64,000 bases of DNA from Bugula neritina (GCA_964035545.1 OZ037772.1:8301150-8365149); one strand, 5' to 3'. Counted from the stretch's first letter, positions 1 through 46,067 are shown. Made by a program: numbers and translations. Notes: a model not told the origin generated them from the sequence alone.

Positions 1-445
1 TTACTTGTAGCTAAGTAATTAGTTCAACCTTTGCAATGATTTATTCAATTTTAATGGTCAATACTTACACTATACTGGTTATGTATTAGCATAATATACT
101 GTAATGAGTTAGCATAATATTAGTATTAGTATAGTATACTAGTGTTATGTTAGTGTAATATGCTGTAATGTATTAGTATATATTTTATACTTGAACTAAG
201 TAATTACTTCAAGACATGGAAGTGGCGGGCACCTGTCCCACCCTGCCACTTCCTACATCTCAGTGACATCTCATAGTGACGTATGACATAACACAGCCTG
301 TCACTTGTTGCCACTTGATTGGATCTTTCAGCCAATCACTTGCAGATTCTTCACACTTGTTTATCCCAAGACATTATCTGCCACTGCTACTACTACTACT
401 ACTACTACTGCATGCAGCCCTTGAGTAGCTGCTGCAGGTACTTGT

Positions 446-698
446 TTGGTGGTACGTTCTGCTAACTGTACCTGTGCAATGCCGTGCCTTTCACCGACAC
501 AGCACACTGTCAAACAGAGGTTCGTGCACATGTTTTCGGATCGACCCAGCTGGAGGCGACGCACTGTTGATGAGAACTATTTGCAGCGGAAAAAGATTCG
601 GGTGTTAGAAGAGCCCGTTACGGCGATAAACAGGAATAGAATAAAAACTTTACCTGCGGGGTATACGCTGGCTCGGTGTTATGAGGAGTGTAGCGCAT
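446..698 (+). CDS. Possible upstream coding exon of the RasGAP gene
   Basis: Open frame 446-709 (HMFSDRPSWRRRTVDENYLQRKKIRVLEEP...). A GTATGT donor at 699 is phase 1, matching the phase-1 acceptor of exon 2303. No diagnostic motif. Confidence 0.35.
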
Positions 699-714
699 GT
701 ATGTCGTAATATAG

Positions 715-1230
715 CGTAGTAATATAGTTTAGTATGTAGTGATATAGTGTAGTACATAGTAATATAGTAATATAGAGTATAGAGTAGTATAGAGTAGTAT
801 AGAGTAGTATATAGTATATAGTAGTATATAGTATAGAGTAGTATATAGTATAGAGTAGTATATAGTATAGTATAGTATAGAGTAGTATACAGTATAGTGT
901 AGTATATAGTACAGAGTAGTATAGTATAGAGTAGTATACAGTATAGAGTAGTATATAGTATAGAGTAGTATAGTATAGAGTAGTATACAGTATAGAGTAG
1001 TATATAGTATAGAGTAGTATATAGTATAGAGTAGTATATAGTATAGAGTAGTATATAGTATAGAGTAGTATATACTATAGTATAGAGTAGTATATAGTAT
1101 AGTATAGAGTAGTATATAGTCTATAGTTTAGTATATAGTATAAAGTAGTATAGTTTTGTATATGGTATTGTATGTAGTAATATAGTGAAGTTGCTGTGGT
1201 GTAATATAGTAATATAGTGTAATATATGAT
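715..1230. repeat. Intronic (GTATA/GAGTA)-type minisatellite
   Basis: TATAGAGTAGTATATAG-like units repeated many times. Confidence 0.9.
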
Positions 1231-1659
1231 ACAGTACATGTGTGTATTGGAGCTTATTCTATAATTTATTCTAAAGTTTTGTACACTATACTCATCTCTG
1301 CATCCACTCCTTGCATAAATAACTGCATCCACCACTGTTCAATGTAAACTGCTTATCCCTCCTTTCATTTATACAAACATCTTGACTGAAGGGTTCTCGA
1401 AAGCCAGACACTGCGGGGCGTGTATTGACCCCCCTTACAGACTGTATTGTTGTTAGCCTTAGAACTGTGAGTGAGTAGACTTGGTGTTTGTTTGTTGTGT
1501 AGTTTAAGTGTTTACTATAGATATCTGCACAATAGATTGATCTACACGTTGGCTAGTCTGCCATGAATTGCCCTGCAGTTGTTACTTGGTAGTGAAGTGT
1601 ATAGCTTAGAGGTAGCACTGTACTGGTATAATATGACATTGCTATGAGAGTAGATATCA

Positions 1660-2270
1660 TATACTGTAAGTGTGTTACTAGTTATATACTGCAGTGTGTA
1701 AGTACATTACTAGTGAGTGTAAGTACATTACTAGTGAGTGTAAGTACATTACTAGTGAGTGTAAGTACATTGCTAGTGAGTGTAAGTACATTGCTAATTG
1801 TGGATTGTGTGTAGATGAAAGTAGGCAATGGTATTGTAAACTGTAAGTACATCACTTATATGTATATTGCGTGTGCATTGAAAAGTATGAACAGTATGTA
1901 CATTGTTAGTTGTATACTGTGAATTTATTGCTAGTTGTACTTGTAAGTACATCACAAGTTATATAGTGTAAGTACATCACTAGTTATACAGTGTAAGTAC
2001 ATTACAAGTTATATAGTGTAAGTACATTACAAGTTATATACTGTAAGTACATTACAAGTTATATAGTGTAAGTACACTCTGTTCCACTAAGTGTTTACAC
2101 GGTTATATGTAAGATGATTACAGTAACTCAGCGAGTAGATGTTACATTACATTAATAGGAAAGTTTCACATGTGTACTACACTGTAATGTAATATAATGT
2201 ACTGTAATATAGTGTAATGTACTGTAATATAGTGTGATGTACTGTAATATAATATAATGTACTGTAATGA
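1660..2270. repeat. Intronic minisatellites (GTGTAAGTACATTACTAGT-like)
   Basis: Repeated GTAAGTACATTAC cores, followed by GTACTGTAATATA units. Confidence 0.85.
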
Positions 2271-2302
2271 TACCAGAGCCGTCATATCTTCTGATGTCAC
2301 AG

Positions 2303-26734
<24,432 letters not shown>

Positions 26735-29604
26735 CAGCTTCAATGTTTTGTTTTTCTATTTCTAAATACTGTCTATTTCTAGAATCTTTCTATTTCTAGA
26801 AACCGCTCATAACTACTATGTTTTCTCAAGCCGTTTGCATTTATATAATATTTGTTAACTTATTTATAGGTCAAACTGTATAGCATGATGTGTATATGGT
26901 GGAGCTACTGTTGTGGTATACTATTCACAAGCCATGCTAATTTCTAGATGTGCATTTAATTAATATCGTTACTTCTATTTGGAGTTATCTATCCACTAGT
27001 ATCTACTCAGATTGGCTCTTCTTGAAGTTGTATCTTATTTTAGGATGTATCGTAGCTAATTGTATATAATGTATGAATTTTCGTTTTATTTACTATTTTA
27101 TTATTGTATTTTGATATTTATAGTATCTGATGGTCAGTTGCCAACCTTTGACAGCATAGCAACTATTTGTACATATTTTTATAGGACGATAGCTATTTTA
27201 TTGTAATTAAGTTGTTTCTATGAAGAGTAGTGATCAGATTTGTGTTTATAATTTTTTACTCAGCTGTATGATGACTATTAAAACAAGAATTTCTCTCTAC
27301 TTAATACACTCTTTTCAATATTATTGTCAAGGTCAAACTAATGTTGAGGTCATATCAAGGTCATGAATCTCCCTCGGTCGCACTAAGGAGTTTTCAAGTA
27401 TATGTTGATTTTAGTATGAATTCTGGTACTGCAAACTACATCATGATGGGGCAACTCCTGACTGGGGTCATTAGACGGTTGAGTTGAGTGAGACCTTACT
27501 TACCAGTAACATGGTTGTTGGAAAAAGGAAAAAGTAATGGTGCACAATAGTGTTGCAATAGTTGCATTGATGTAACAATTATATTTACAGTGTAAAAATG
27601 GTTCATGTTTAGGTTTAGGTCACATGGAATTGGAGTTTGGCATAACTAAACGTGATGAAATTTCACACAGTGGTAGGGAGAAAAACTGGAGTGAATAGTA
27701 TAGTTGCTATTGGCCTTTTGCTGTCTCTTTTGGATTTTATGACATAACCTGAAATCTCATTCAATATTCTCAATAATTGACGTCTGATGTTGATTATGGT
27801 GCAATATTGAGAAATTTGGGAAAAGCTTACATTGATTGAATGAGAAATTTATCAAAACAAAGTTATATTTTCACAATAATTTCAACATTATATATTATAT
27901 GCCCAAATTCACTAAGAAAATTCAAGAACTTGAGCTGCAGTTAAATAGATTGGTGAAAACATGGAAAATCGCTTGAAGCAGTACCGAGTTAAAGGTGACC
28001 GAGTGCAATAATTCATGCCGATCCTGAATTTAAAGTTCTAACCCAAATATGAGACCCTTAAACCAAGCTGCCTTTAGCAATATTTAGCCACCAGAGTGAC
28101 TTAGCCTGTGAGATACTATCTCATAACTAACCCATTGGGGTGCATATAATATACTGTGCTGGAATGCTGAAAGCTTTGTGTGCGGCTATCTGCGTTGAGA
28201 AAGCTGAGAAAGATGACTAATCAACCTCTCCCTTGCAGACGTGCAGCTTTTTATGGCAGTGTGACTGAACAATATTCAGCTATCCATATATAAAATGGTA
28301 TGTATAATTATACCTTAATGAAACTTTTATAGGCTGAGAGTTATCAATAGCTGCTATTGGATAAGTGTAAGTACCATGAAAAGCAATATATAGGTCTAAA
28401 TTTAAGGGTCTCTTGATAATTTTCTTTGGAGGTTGGTATGTTGGGTATACTGTAGTTATGGGTCTAAGGACCAGCCTCTATATCTCCAACTAGAAGTGCT
28501 AACTAGAAAGTTTATACTTTTAGCGTTAGTTTCTTGTAAATTATATTAGTAGTCAACCTATAATTTGACTTTAACTAATCAAATATGTTCCATTATTGTG
28601 CTCATTTTTGGAATTTGAAATGAAGCGGTTTTTCATAGTAGATATCCAAATTTTATTTTAGCTAGTCAAATTTTCAAACACATGCATCAATTTTGAAACT
28701 ATAAATGTGCATACAGTACAGTTCTCTCTATTGAATACACTTGCTAAATATTCAATGAACTACTCATAGCTATTTGCTAAAAGATAGCTAACAGAAGCAA
28801 TTAGAATTATAATTCCAAATTCTAATTTTCGCTTAAAAATTTACAAACTATATTATTTAATGCAAGTGTCAATAATGCTTCCAAATTATATAGTATATTA
28901 GAACTTAGTAAACAATTTCCATTGTGTCTCTTGTTTTAGGTCCCTTTAGTTATTATTTATAGATTTAGTTTTGAACTTTTGTATAGCTGAGCTCAAGTCT
29001 AGATAGACATAGATATGACTGTTTTACATGGTTTCAGTGTCTACGTGGGTGTTACTTTATTATTGTGAAGTTTACATGTGTAACAAACAACTTGATTTTG
29101 TATAGATTTTGGAGGCATGCAGTCTACACTTCCTGTTAATCATGTTTTAAAAGTGTGTTTATACAATTTTGAATAACCATCTTGAAGTGTTGACCTTTCT
29201 CAATTCTCTCAAGCTACAAAGAGCTCAGTGACCGTTGGTGCAGATTAAAATATCAGTGGTTGCAGCTTTATGGCTGTTACTTTATTATCATGAGAACAAA
29301 TACAAGAAAATAGGAAAGTACAGGCAAAAAGAATAAATTAATGTGATATGAGAAAACAGTTGTCATAAGTAAGCACCTCAAACTGTTCAACTCAAGATAA
29401 AGATTCTATATAGTCATCATTACGAAAGATATTATAAATCTGTTGAATGAGTAGGAACTAAATGGTGGTGTGTCCAATCAGATCGGCTATTAGTGAGCGT
29501 CATAGAGGTACACCAGCATATCATCAGCAGCTAGTTGGTCGATGTAATGAGTAATATGATTGGTCAATGTTATATGCAATATTATTGGTCGATGTGGCAT
29601 GTAA

Positions 29605-36757
<7,153 letters not shown>

Positions 36758-36969
36758 CTGTCGGAGGTAGAAACAATATAACTATTAACTGCTGATTTTA
36801 AACAATAAAAAGCCTGCGCCTGTTCAATTTTAATTGTTTTAATAACACAGATAAGAAAAACTTCAAACCTAAAAGATTCACACTAGCTGAAAAAAATGTA
36901 AGGAGTTGTAAAAATGGAACTTTGATCTATTATACATGTAAATACACATATGTATATAATATATATATA

Positions 36970-37029
<60 letters not shown>

Positions 37030-37168
37030 TACCGAAAATCATGCTAAATAATAATATTTGCAGTGAATCTCGTACCTTGAACCGACACCTGACAGTTACT
37101 TGACAGAAGAAGTCAAAGATATCACCTGACAACCACCTGCTTCTTAGTGTACAAGAAAGAGATGACAG

Positions 37169-37180
37169 CCCCTTTTATAC
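37169..37180 (-). promoter_or_regulatory. TATA box of the Sushi-domain gene
   Basis: Minus strand GTATAAAAGGGG lies ~30 nt upstream of a probable non-coding first exon, which ends at the donor CAAG|GTACGA (37076) and splices to CAG|ATG at 36757. Confidence 0.65.
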
Positions 37181-39548
37181 CTGCCATCTCCCAGACAGCC
37201 CCAGGGCACCTGCTTCACCTGCGTCATCCTTCGGATTAGAGAAAGTTTTAATCATTTTAATCCAAGTTTCTGGTGCCTGTTTGTTACTGGAATTATTTGC
37301 CTTACTCATCTCTGCTCTGTGGGAAAAGTACATGTATATCAAAAATCACACACTGTTTCACCAAATCCCATCAAACATCAAACACATCTCAACAAGTACT
37401 TATTTTGAAAATATTCTGTTTATTTATTGCTTTCCACCTCAAAGTAAATGTCAAGCTTATACATTGTTTACAAAATCAAAAAACTTTATGAATAATCTTG
37501 TTTATTGATAATATAATGACATAATTATTATAATTACGGTATATATTAAAATAACTATTACTACAACTACAATACATTTCATTATTTTAATATATTTTAG
37601 GAGTTGTCTTGAAGTTATTATACCAATGTTATATTTCTACACCCTGTTTTGCCATACAGTCCTTTAGCATAAGGTTCATGTACCTATTGTGTTTGTATTC
37701 CTGTACTAATATAACTATAGCTGTTATGTATTTTAGTAATTTTATAACTGCAGCATTCCAAATATAAACTTTCATATGACAAGTGAACTGCATGACAAAA
37801 AACTCTAATTTTATCCTATAAACTTGAAATTACTGTAAATTATATGTATAGATATATATATGTATGTGTATATCTATTATGGTGTATATATGTGTATGTA
37901 TTATGTATATATGTGTATATGAGTTATTTTTCAATTTAAACTTTTGCTTTCAGCTAATTCTTTGATCTGTTTGCCCAAATTTGTGTACTAAATACAGCTT
38001 GTAATTTATTGCTGATTAACCCAGGGATTAACTGGCATTTAGCAATTAGTAAATTGGGTATTAATTGACAAACCAAAAAATTAAACAGTGATTTACTTTT
38101 ATAAAAATAATTAGTTTCCTTCGTATTCTTGTATCGTATAACTTTTAGAAAGTTATAAAATCAGTTTTCTATAATCCTCGTCGAGCAAAAACTACAGCAG
38201 CGCTGTTCAACATAGACGCTGGAAATGTTGGCCAATAGTAGCTACAAATTATAGGGATAAGATGAACTACCGAAGTTGTCTTCTAATTTTTAAACTAAAT
38301 TAAACTTTACAGTGTTACTTACGACTTTTGATAAAAATATTTTAAAATTAATGACTTGACAAAATCCATGTTTAATTTTATTTATAAATCTATTGAAATC
38401 AACAAAAATTTTCAGAAAAGAAACCGCGTCACAGGAATTCCGAAGTAAATATTGCAAAACTTCTATAGCATCCTCTGTGATTATTAGTCACTGTTAAATG
38501 AGTCAAATCCAGATGACCGTGATTATTGTTCGCAAATCATATCCATAATATAATTGTAGCCACAAACTTGAGGGGCGTGATCACTCACATTACGTTAACT
38601 GCAAACACACTCTACAATCACTCTAAACGTTAACCTACTCAGATAAAAGTAATAGTCATATTGAACTTCTGAGTACCCAGTCACAGCTACGCCTACGGCT
38701 ACTGGCATTGTGATTGTAATTGTTAGTACCTGTACTGTGCTAGTGCTAGGACTACTACTAGTACTGGGAGTAGGCCTAATAGTAATACCAATAGTGTTAC
38801 GCTCACAGTCACATTGACACTGGTTACACTTACACTGCAGTTCGTATTAATGATACTAATAGTAATACCACTATTAGTACTAGTATTACTCGTAGTCCAA
38901 GTCTTACTCTTTTTGTGTTGGTGATAACTGTGAGCGTTGCTCACAATTACAATTTGAATTACTTTCAATTTTAGTGTTACACTTACACTTACTGCTAGTA
39001 CTAGTAATACTAGTACTACTAGTAAGTTAGTTATGGTTATACCTAATTCTATGAGAATAGCATTAACTTACAGTTGTTGTCATCTAATTTTATTCATTTA
39101 GTGTCAACTTTTGATTTTTATGTTATTTTGAGTTTTTATATCAACTAATCATTATCATTTTATACTAGTTTAAAAAAGCTGAAATGTTTTTCGATATAAT
39201 TGGCTTGTTTTAAAGATATCAATATATCCTTTATGAGTGACAGCCTTCAAATTGAGTTGTCAACATCATATAAATCGGAATATATTTTTCCAAGTTGCAA
39301 ATATCAACATAACTTTAGTATTTTGTAATCTTTGCATGATGAACATTAGAAGTTGTAATTTAACACTTTACAGAAGATTTGTAAGTCTAATATATAACTG
39401 ATTTCAGCTTTACTTTCAGTGTGGGCATAGAAATCAACACATTTTGTTTTATAGTCTAGTTTGTTATCTTGAAACCCTGGTGAGTTTGAATAGTGATTCA
39501 AGCTGTGACTTTTTTTCATTCAAGGCTCTCAAGTGACTACAACTTAAA

Positions 39549-42500
39549 ATGGATCTGAAAAACATATTCAAGTCTGGACCCAACTATACAAAGCTCAAGA
39601 CAAACTTACGGCTCATGATAAATCGTCTCAAACTTCTTGAGCGAAAGCGAACAGAGATTGCACAGAAAGCGAGAGTAGAGATAGCGGAATACCTTCGAAG
39701 TGGAAAGTTAGATCGAGCGAGAGTTCGAGTTGAGCATATCATTCGAGAAGATTATGCGGTAGAAGCCATGGAGCGAATTGAGATGTATGCAGATCTGCTA
39801 TTGGCCAGATCGGGTCTTATCGAGTCACAGACGTGAGTTAAGTTCTTAGATTGTTTGCATACTTTGGTTTACACTTGAGTGTTGGTGAAACTATTAAGCT
39901 GGGTGGTTGTTGTAGGGAGTTGGACCCGGGGCTGGAAGTGGCAGTTGCTAGTATATTATGGGCATCTCCTAGGTTACAGGCAGAGGTGAGATTTATTCAA
40001 TCATTACTATAACGGATCATTACTGTGTTGAGTTACTACTGTACTGTAGCATCAATATAATTCATGCAAGTGTATAGTCACTATCTCTGTGAGAACCCCT
40101 GATGGACAGGGTGTTTGTTAAATTGGGCTAAGGACTTTTTCAAATGAGGCACAGGAGCAATTATGACTGGATGCTCTTCCTAACATCACTAATGGCCTTT
40201 ACTGGGGTTCTAACCCATGATTTTGTGTTTGTGAATGCTCTAACCCCTTGACTGACCACGGCTGCTTCCTAATATTATTAATATACTGAGTCTTTAATAT
40301 TCAGAATCATCTATCTGATGAGTCACCAATGTGATGAGTCAACACTCTACTGAGTCACACCTAGAGTTAAACAAGTAATAGTTAGTCTCACCAATTGTTA
40401 ATTATTACGATTAATAATGCTGTAGGTACCAGAAATATCTGCTGTATGTCAGGAGTTGTCTACTAAATATGGGAAAGAGTTCGCACAAGCCTGTGTGAGT
40501 AACAGTCTTGAGAGCATAGAGGTCAATGAGAAATTAGTCTCCCATATGAGTATAGCTGCACCCAAGGCTAATCTGATAGGTATAACAGCTCTCTATACAT
40601 GGCACCTACTTCCTTCATACTTGTGACATAGCGTTAGTCAGTAGTTGCGAAATATTACACAATACTGTTCTTCTATAGCACCAGTCTTAAATGTGTTTGC
40701 ATGATGTAAATTGGAGTTGTTACACCATTTTAGGAAAATGACCAAAAAAAGAATCTTTCTCCTTTCTATACTAATCATAAGCTATTAATGCAGTGCAAAT
40801 ATCTTTTGTATTGAACTTCTTCAACATTTCACACACATAAGTAGTTACTATTCCCAAAGAGTTATCTTGGTACTGCTTTCTGTACAGAGAAATATTTGCT
40901 GGTAATTGCCTCCACCTACAACGTCAAGTATGAAGCTGACCCCACAGTGTTGAGTGAAGAAGAACTGGCCAGTCTGCAATTGATGTCTTCATCTCAGCCA
41001 AACCAGCGTCCTCTCACTTTATCTCAAGTAAGTTGTGGACATCATTGGATTTACAGCTTTCTTACAAACAGAGTACAGCGCACAATAGTGGATGGCATAA
41101 CATCAAATCCAATCATAACTAACACAGGAACTCCCCAAGGGTGCTGTTTATCTCCACTATTGTTTTCTATCTACACTAATAGGATTACCTCAAGCCAGAG
41201 CAACATAACTGTAATTAAATATGCAGATGACACTTGCATTATTGCCTGCATTGGCAATCAGTCTGATCTAAATATTTACTTTGACGAGATTGAAAGAATT
41301 TCTAAGCAATGTGATGATTTAAATCTATTATTAAACCCTAGCAAGACTCAAGAAATGATGTTCTCAACCCAACGTGCTAAACCTCATACCCCTACTCTTG
41401 TATTGAATGGAACAAACATTGTATTGTCTGAAAAAGTGAGATATCTTGGTGTGTTGTGGATCAGAATTTGAGATTTCATGAACATGTACAATCAGTAGTT
41501 ACAATAGTATCGAGAAGAATGTATATCGTGAAGAATTTTGCGTATCTTAGCTCTAAACCTCTAGCAAATATGTTATTCAAAAGTTTCATCATGTCCCGCA
41601 TCGCCTATTGTCTACCTACTATTTTTACTTGTATCTATGCCAGTGATAAAAAGGCTATTCGAAGGATTTTCAAAGATTGCTCAAAACTCGGAATTAAGTA
41701 TCTAAACATTGATTTGCACATTCAGAAACTCACTAAAGAACTTGCCATCAAATATACAATAGACAATGAACATTTCATCAATAACTTTCTGAGTCAATGC
41801 CCTTCTGGAAGATATCGAACCATCTAATATAGAGGGGCATGGGGCAGAGATAGCTTCTGGCGACATCTTGTAAATTCTTTAAACGAGCTTTTATTTTAAA
41901 TAGTCTAACAGAGTTTTGATTTTTCTCTTAATGTTGTTCATGCCTAGTTATGTTATAGTCAGTATTTACACTGAATTTTGCAACGTGTTGTCATGTTTGT
42001 GATATGTAATAAATCAATCGATTTATTTGATTCAGCATATAGCATAGCCTTCCAGTGATACTGTCTGTCTGTTTGTAGCCTCCAGCCGCACCCTCAGATT
42101 CTGTGCTGTATTACGACAAACCAGGACCTCAGTCTAAACTCTCTAACCCCGCCCCCAATGGTGAGTCATTACTGCAACTATTATATACTGTAACTACTGT
42201 AACTACTATATACTCTAGCTACTATATACTATAACTACTATATACTGTAACTACTATATACTGTAACTACTTTATACTGTAACTACTCTATACTGTAACT
42301 AATACTATATACTCTAACTACTATATACTCTAACTACTATATACTCTAACTACTGTATACTCTAACTAATACTATATACTGTAACCACTATATACTCTAG
42401 CTACTATATACTATAACTACTATATACTGTAACTACTATATACTGTAACTACTTTATACTGTAACTACTCTATACTGTAACTACTATATACTCTAACTAC

Positions 42501-42870
42501 TATATACTCTAACTACTATATACTCTAACTACTGTATACTCTAACTAATACTATATACTGTAACTACTATATACTCTAACTACTGTATACTCTAACTAAT
42601 AGATACTGTAACTACTCTATACTGTAACCACTCTATACTGTAACTACTATATACTGTAACTACTATATACTCTAACTACTATACACTGTAACTACTATAT
42701 ACTGTAACTACTCTATACTGTAACTACTCTATACTGTAACTATGCTTGTAGAAGCTGCAGCCCCCAACTCTAATCTCAACCTGCCAGATGTTCCCATTTC
42801 TGGAAGTGGTAATAAGGATGTTGACTTCAATGATCTGGAAGCCAGGTTCAATAAACTGAAGAAACGATAG
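39549..42870 (+). CDS. IST1: IST1 homolog (ESCRT-III-associated), 282 aa
   Basis: Exons 39549-39832, 39916-39985, 40426-40579, 40888-41027, 42079-42160, 42752-42870 (849 nt, phases consistent). N-terminal KLKTNLRLMINRLKLLERK...ARVRVEHIIREDY core; C-terminal LPDVP and DVDFNDLEARFNKLKKR MIT-interacting motifs. Confidence 0.95.
40066..40269 (-). mobile_element. tRNA-derived SINE (copy 4) in IST1 intron 2
   Basis: Same body and tail in reverse orientation. Confidence 0.85.
41037..42030 (+). mobile_element. 5'-truncated non-LTR retrotransposon (LINE) reverse-transcriptase fragment, CR1/L2/Rex-Babar-like, decayed
   Basis: WIYSFLTNRVQ, GTPQGCCLSPLLFSIYTN, KYADDT, LNPSKTQEM, VRYLGV and C-terminal PSGRYR motifs. 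Frameshift near 41460, premature TAA at 41825, natural stop near 41899, AATAAA near 42008. Confidence 0.92.
42168..42743. repeat. 16-bp minisatellite filling IST1 intron 5
   Basis: TACT(G/C)TAACTACTATA units from donor to acceptor. Confidence 0.95.
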
Positions 42871-43291
42871 ACTGAACTCCCGCAATAATGTGTAGTTGTC
42901 TCATGCCCCACAGTCTATTGCCATGCTTGTCTACTGGTTTTATTTTTATACTTGGCTTATTTATACTTATACTTTTTACTATAGTATATAAATAGAGACA
43001 CAATAGATGAGATTTTCTATTGTTTAACACTAGCAAGGTGTGACAGAATTGTTATTTTGGTAAGACTTGGAACTGTTCACACTTGGTGTAAACTTGGTTT
43101 TATATTTCCCCATTGAAATAGTTTGTTGTTTTATGTTTTATTAGTTAAATACTGATGGAAAATAACAATTAGGCAGGGCAATAAACTTTATGAGAAATTT
43201 CAAGCAGCAAGGTAGTTACTCTGTCTGAAATTTTATAATGGCCAGAATCGTTAACCATGGCCAGCACATTTGATGAAATAATTTACTACTG

Positions 43292-43463
43292 CATGAATAT
43301 AGTCGCTATCCCTGTGAGAAACCCCTGATGTAAAGGGATTTTGGTAAAGCGGGTTAAGGACTTATTTAAATGAGGCACAGGAGCAATTATGACTGGATGC
43401 TCTTCCTAACATCACCAATGTCCTTTGTCGTCAAGCTTATTAACCCCTTAACCACGGCTGCCA
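43292..43463 (-). mobile_element. tRNA-derived SINE (copy 5)
   Basis: Same body and tail in reverse orientation; head partly deleted. Confidence 0.8.
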
Positions 43464-44196
43464 CAATAAATAATAAACTGTATAATATCTCAAATCAACA
43501 TTGATTTCAAACTTCTGTCATTAGGTAGTTTATGTTAAAATAAATTCAGACTCAATGTAAAAGGTGGTTCCTTCTGTAATGATGTAGCAGCTATAGTGTA
43601 ATGATTAGCACATCTGGGGGGAGGGGGCACAAGTTTTATATCAGCTGACCAAAGGTTTAGACTTTAGAAGAGAACTATAAAGTCAAAAATTCAATACTCA
43701 ACCAATCCTGTCTATTAAGAAGTTAACTATCCATCCGTGATATTCCAACAATCAGAATTAATTCAGCAAAGGAATAAAAAGCTTTACTATTTATTGCATG
43801 GCACATCATATTATATAATTTGTAAAGTTCATAAGCTATAAAAAGCATGTAAAATTATGCAGGTTATTACACTGCATAAGTAATAGTACAAGAAAATAGG
43901 GTGCATGTAAAGGCATGCATGTAATAGCAGCAAAATTTATATAAAAAATTCTGTTAGATAGTTATTTGCAATATTCAAAAAGCTGATAGTCCAAAAGACT
44001 GAAAAATACAGCTAAGTAAAATATTGGCCATTGTCAGACTCTTTGAGTCAACAGAGTTCAATTTCTTACAGAATTCAAAGATATATAAAACAATATTATA
44101 GTCTTTTAGCAGTAGCTATAATTATAAAGAAATTGCAATATTAAACCATTTTACTATTATCGTGCCAGCATAATTAATTCTTTGTAGACTAAAGGC

Positions 44197-46067
44197 TTAA
44201 AAAGACTTTCTGCAGAGCGGACAGGTGCTGTCCACTAGGTTTTGAATGCAATGCTGATGAAAGTTATGGTTGCAAAGTAGTCTGCAATTTCTTCCATCTA
44301 TTGTTATTGTGCTGAGGCATATGGCACACTCTTCCTAAAACATTTTAATGCAGAATATAAGGCTATAAATGCATATAATCTAATAGTTGAGTAAACAGAA
44401 AGTGTAGGATATGATGTCATATCCTGGAATAATGCCCATAATGAAAGTATAAAAAACACATAATATAAAACCCAAAAACTTTTTTTATTAATACAGTGAA
44501 AATACTTAACCCAAGATTTAATATAGCCACATGAAAATATTTTAAATATATTCTGCTGGGTATAAATTTGGTGAAACTTTTCCCTCTCCCAGTTAAGTGA
44601 ACATGGCAACATACGTAGATGGAATATAACTTAGCAGGCTGGTTGCTGCTAATTAGACATTACTGGCCAGGGTTGCCTAATAAGCAGTTGGATTATCTAC
44701 TAGCTCGGCTATTAGACTAGTAATACTGGAAACTACTTGAGGGCCATAGAAACAGCATTGCATTTATAAAACGTTTTAACCTGTAAAATACTACAGCCAC
44801 TGCGAATAGACATGCAAGTAAACAATGGACAGCTACATTTTGTTTAGGTTAGACATCGCTGGTACAGATAATAGCTCTACATTCAATAAACTGGCTCAGT
44901 GTTAAACGTCAAAGTGCCATTGTAGTGAATTATGGTGCATCAGAAGTGACAACTCTAATAATTCATTCTGCTACCTTAGTATGTAATCAGCTACAATACT
45001 TATATATTATCTACTATGCAATCAGGATTATGCTAATGATCACACAGCTTGCATGTGCAGTGCGCAATTGGATAGTAGCGCTTAGACAGTACAGTCGTCT
45101 GCATGGTTATAGTCAAGTTTTGTAGCTTTTCTCACCCATATTATTTTATTTATTCTTGTTTTATTCGTCCTAAATAAACTGTCTATACTCAATACTCTAC
45201 GTGCCCGATTATCAGTATTCAGTCTTAAATACTGTTATAATTTCCAAAATTGTGGGTTGGTGTGCAATCAAGAGAGTCTTATTTACTATGCTAGAGAAAC
45301 TTCGCCAGGATAATTCGAATTAACACTACTATATTTTATACACAAGAATACATCACAAAAACTACAGTAACACAAATACATTCAGCTAATTGATACGGTC
45401 TATACAGCTCACCAGTCTAAACTCTACTAACTAAAACGGGGGAAGCTACTACTACTAAAAACTGTCAGTCATCCCGATTGGTTGTCTGCTGCTCCGGGTC
45501 ATCTCAATGACCCCGTGCTGCATTCGTTGGGAAAATAACATTTCCCTGTTATTACGCTGGTAGCTCCACGAGCCACCACAATACCCACATAATTAGAGGA
45601 TAGCACAAATTCACAACAGTATTTAAAAATACAAGCTGTTAAAATCGGAGTGTCAAACTGCCCCCCCCCCCACCATGTATAATCAAACACAGTCTTTCAA
45701 TTTGCAACCAGTGCTCTACCCATTGCACTAGAGAGGGGGGAGGGGAGCTACCAAGGAATCTCAACACAAAACAGAGGCTCTTTGAGAAAAAAATATGATA
45801 AAACACTAACCCTGTCTTCTCTAGGAGCAGAATACTGTTGCCTTCGTTTGCCAGAGTTTTGATGGACCAGCATTGGGCGCTGCCTATATTATATATTAAG
45901 TAGGGCTAATATTCACAGTTCACCTTTAAAAGTAGCTGTCAAAAACAAAACATCAAAGACAACATTCAATAAAATATTCAAAATACTTACTTGTCCTCTT
46001 GCCAGACCACGTAGACTACTGCTCCTATCAACACAGCACCCATAACAGCAATTTGCATCACCACCAT
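44197..46067 (-). CDS. Small single-TM RING-H2 (C3H2C3) protein, putative E3 ubiquitin ligase, 95 aa
   Basis: Exons (minus) 45991-46067 (acceptor TTGCAG at exon start 46072, donor GTAAGT), 45811-45883 (ATATAG / GTTAGT) and 44197-44334 (TTTTAG, stop TAA); phases 2 and 0 match. Translation: MVVMQIAVMGAVLIGAVVYVVWQEDKQRPMLVHQNSGKRRQQYSAPREDREECAICLSTITIDGRNCRLLCNHNFHQHCIQNLVDSTCPLCRKSF*. Confidence 0.85.

Noticed and set aside
38100-38690. Probable decayed DNA-transposon fragments (also ~14300-14750, ~27990-28400, ~47820-48050, ~57800-58460, ~61960-62480)
   Set aside because: Locally CpG-richer and repeat-like, but I could not identify paired TIRs, TSDs or a second copy within the window.
40896-41471. 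Single 191-aa ORF treated as one gene
   Set aside because: It is a chimera of IST1 exon 4 and an intronic LINE fragment; a GTAAGT donor at 41028 splices in phase to 42079.
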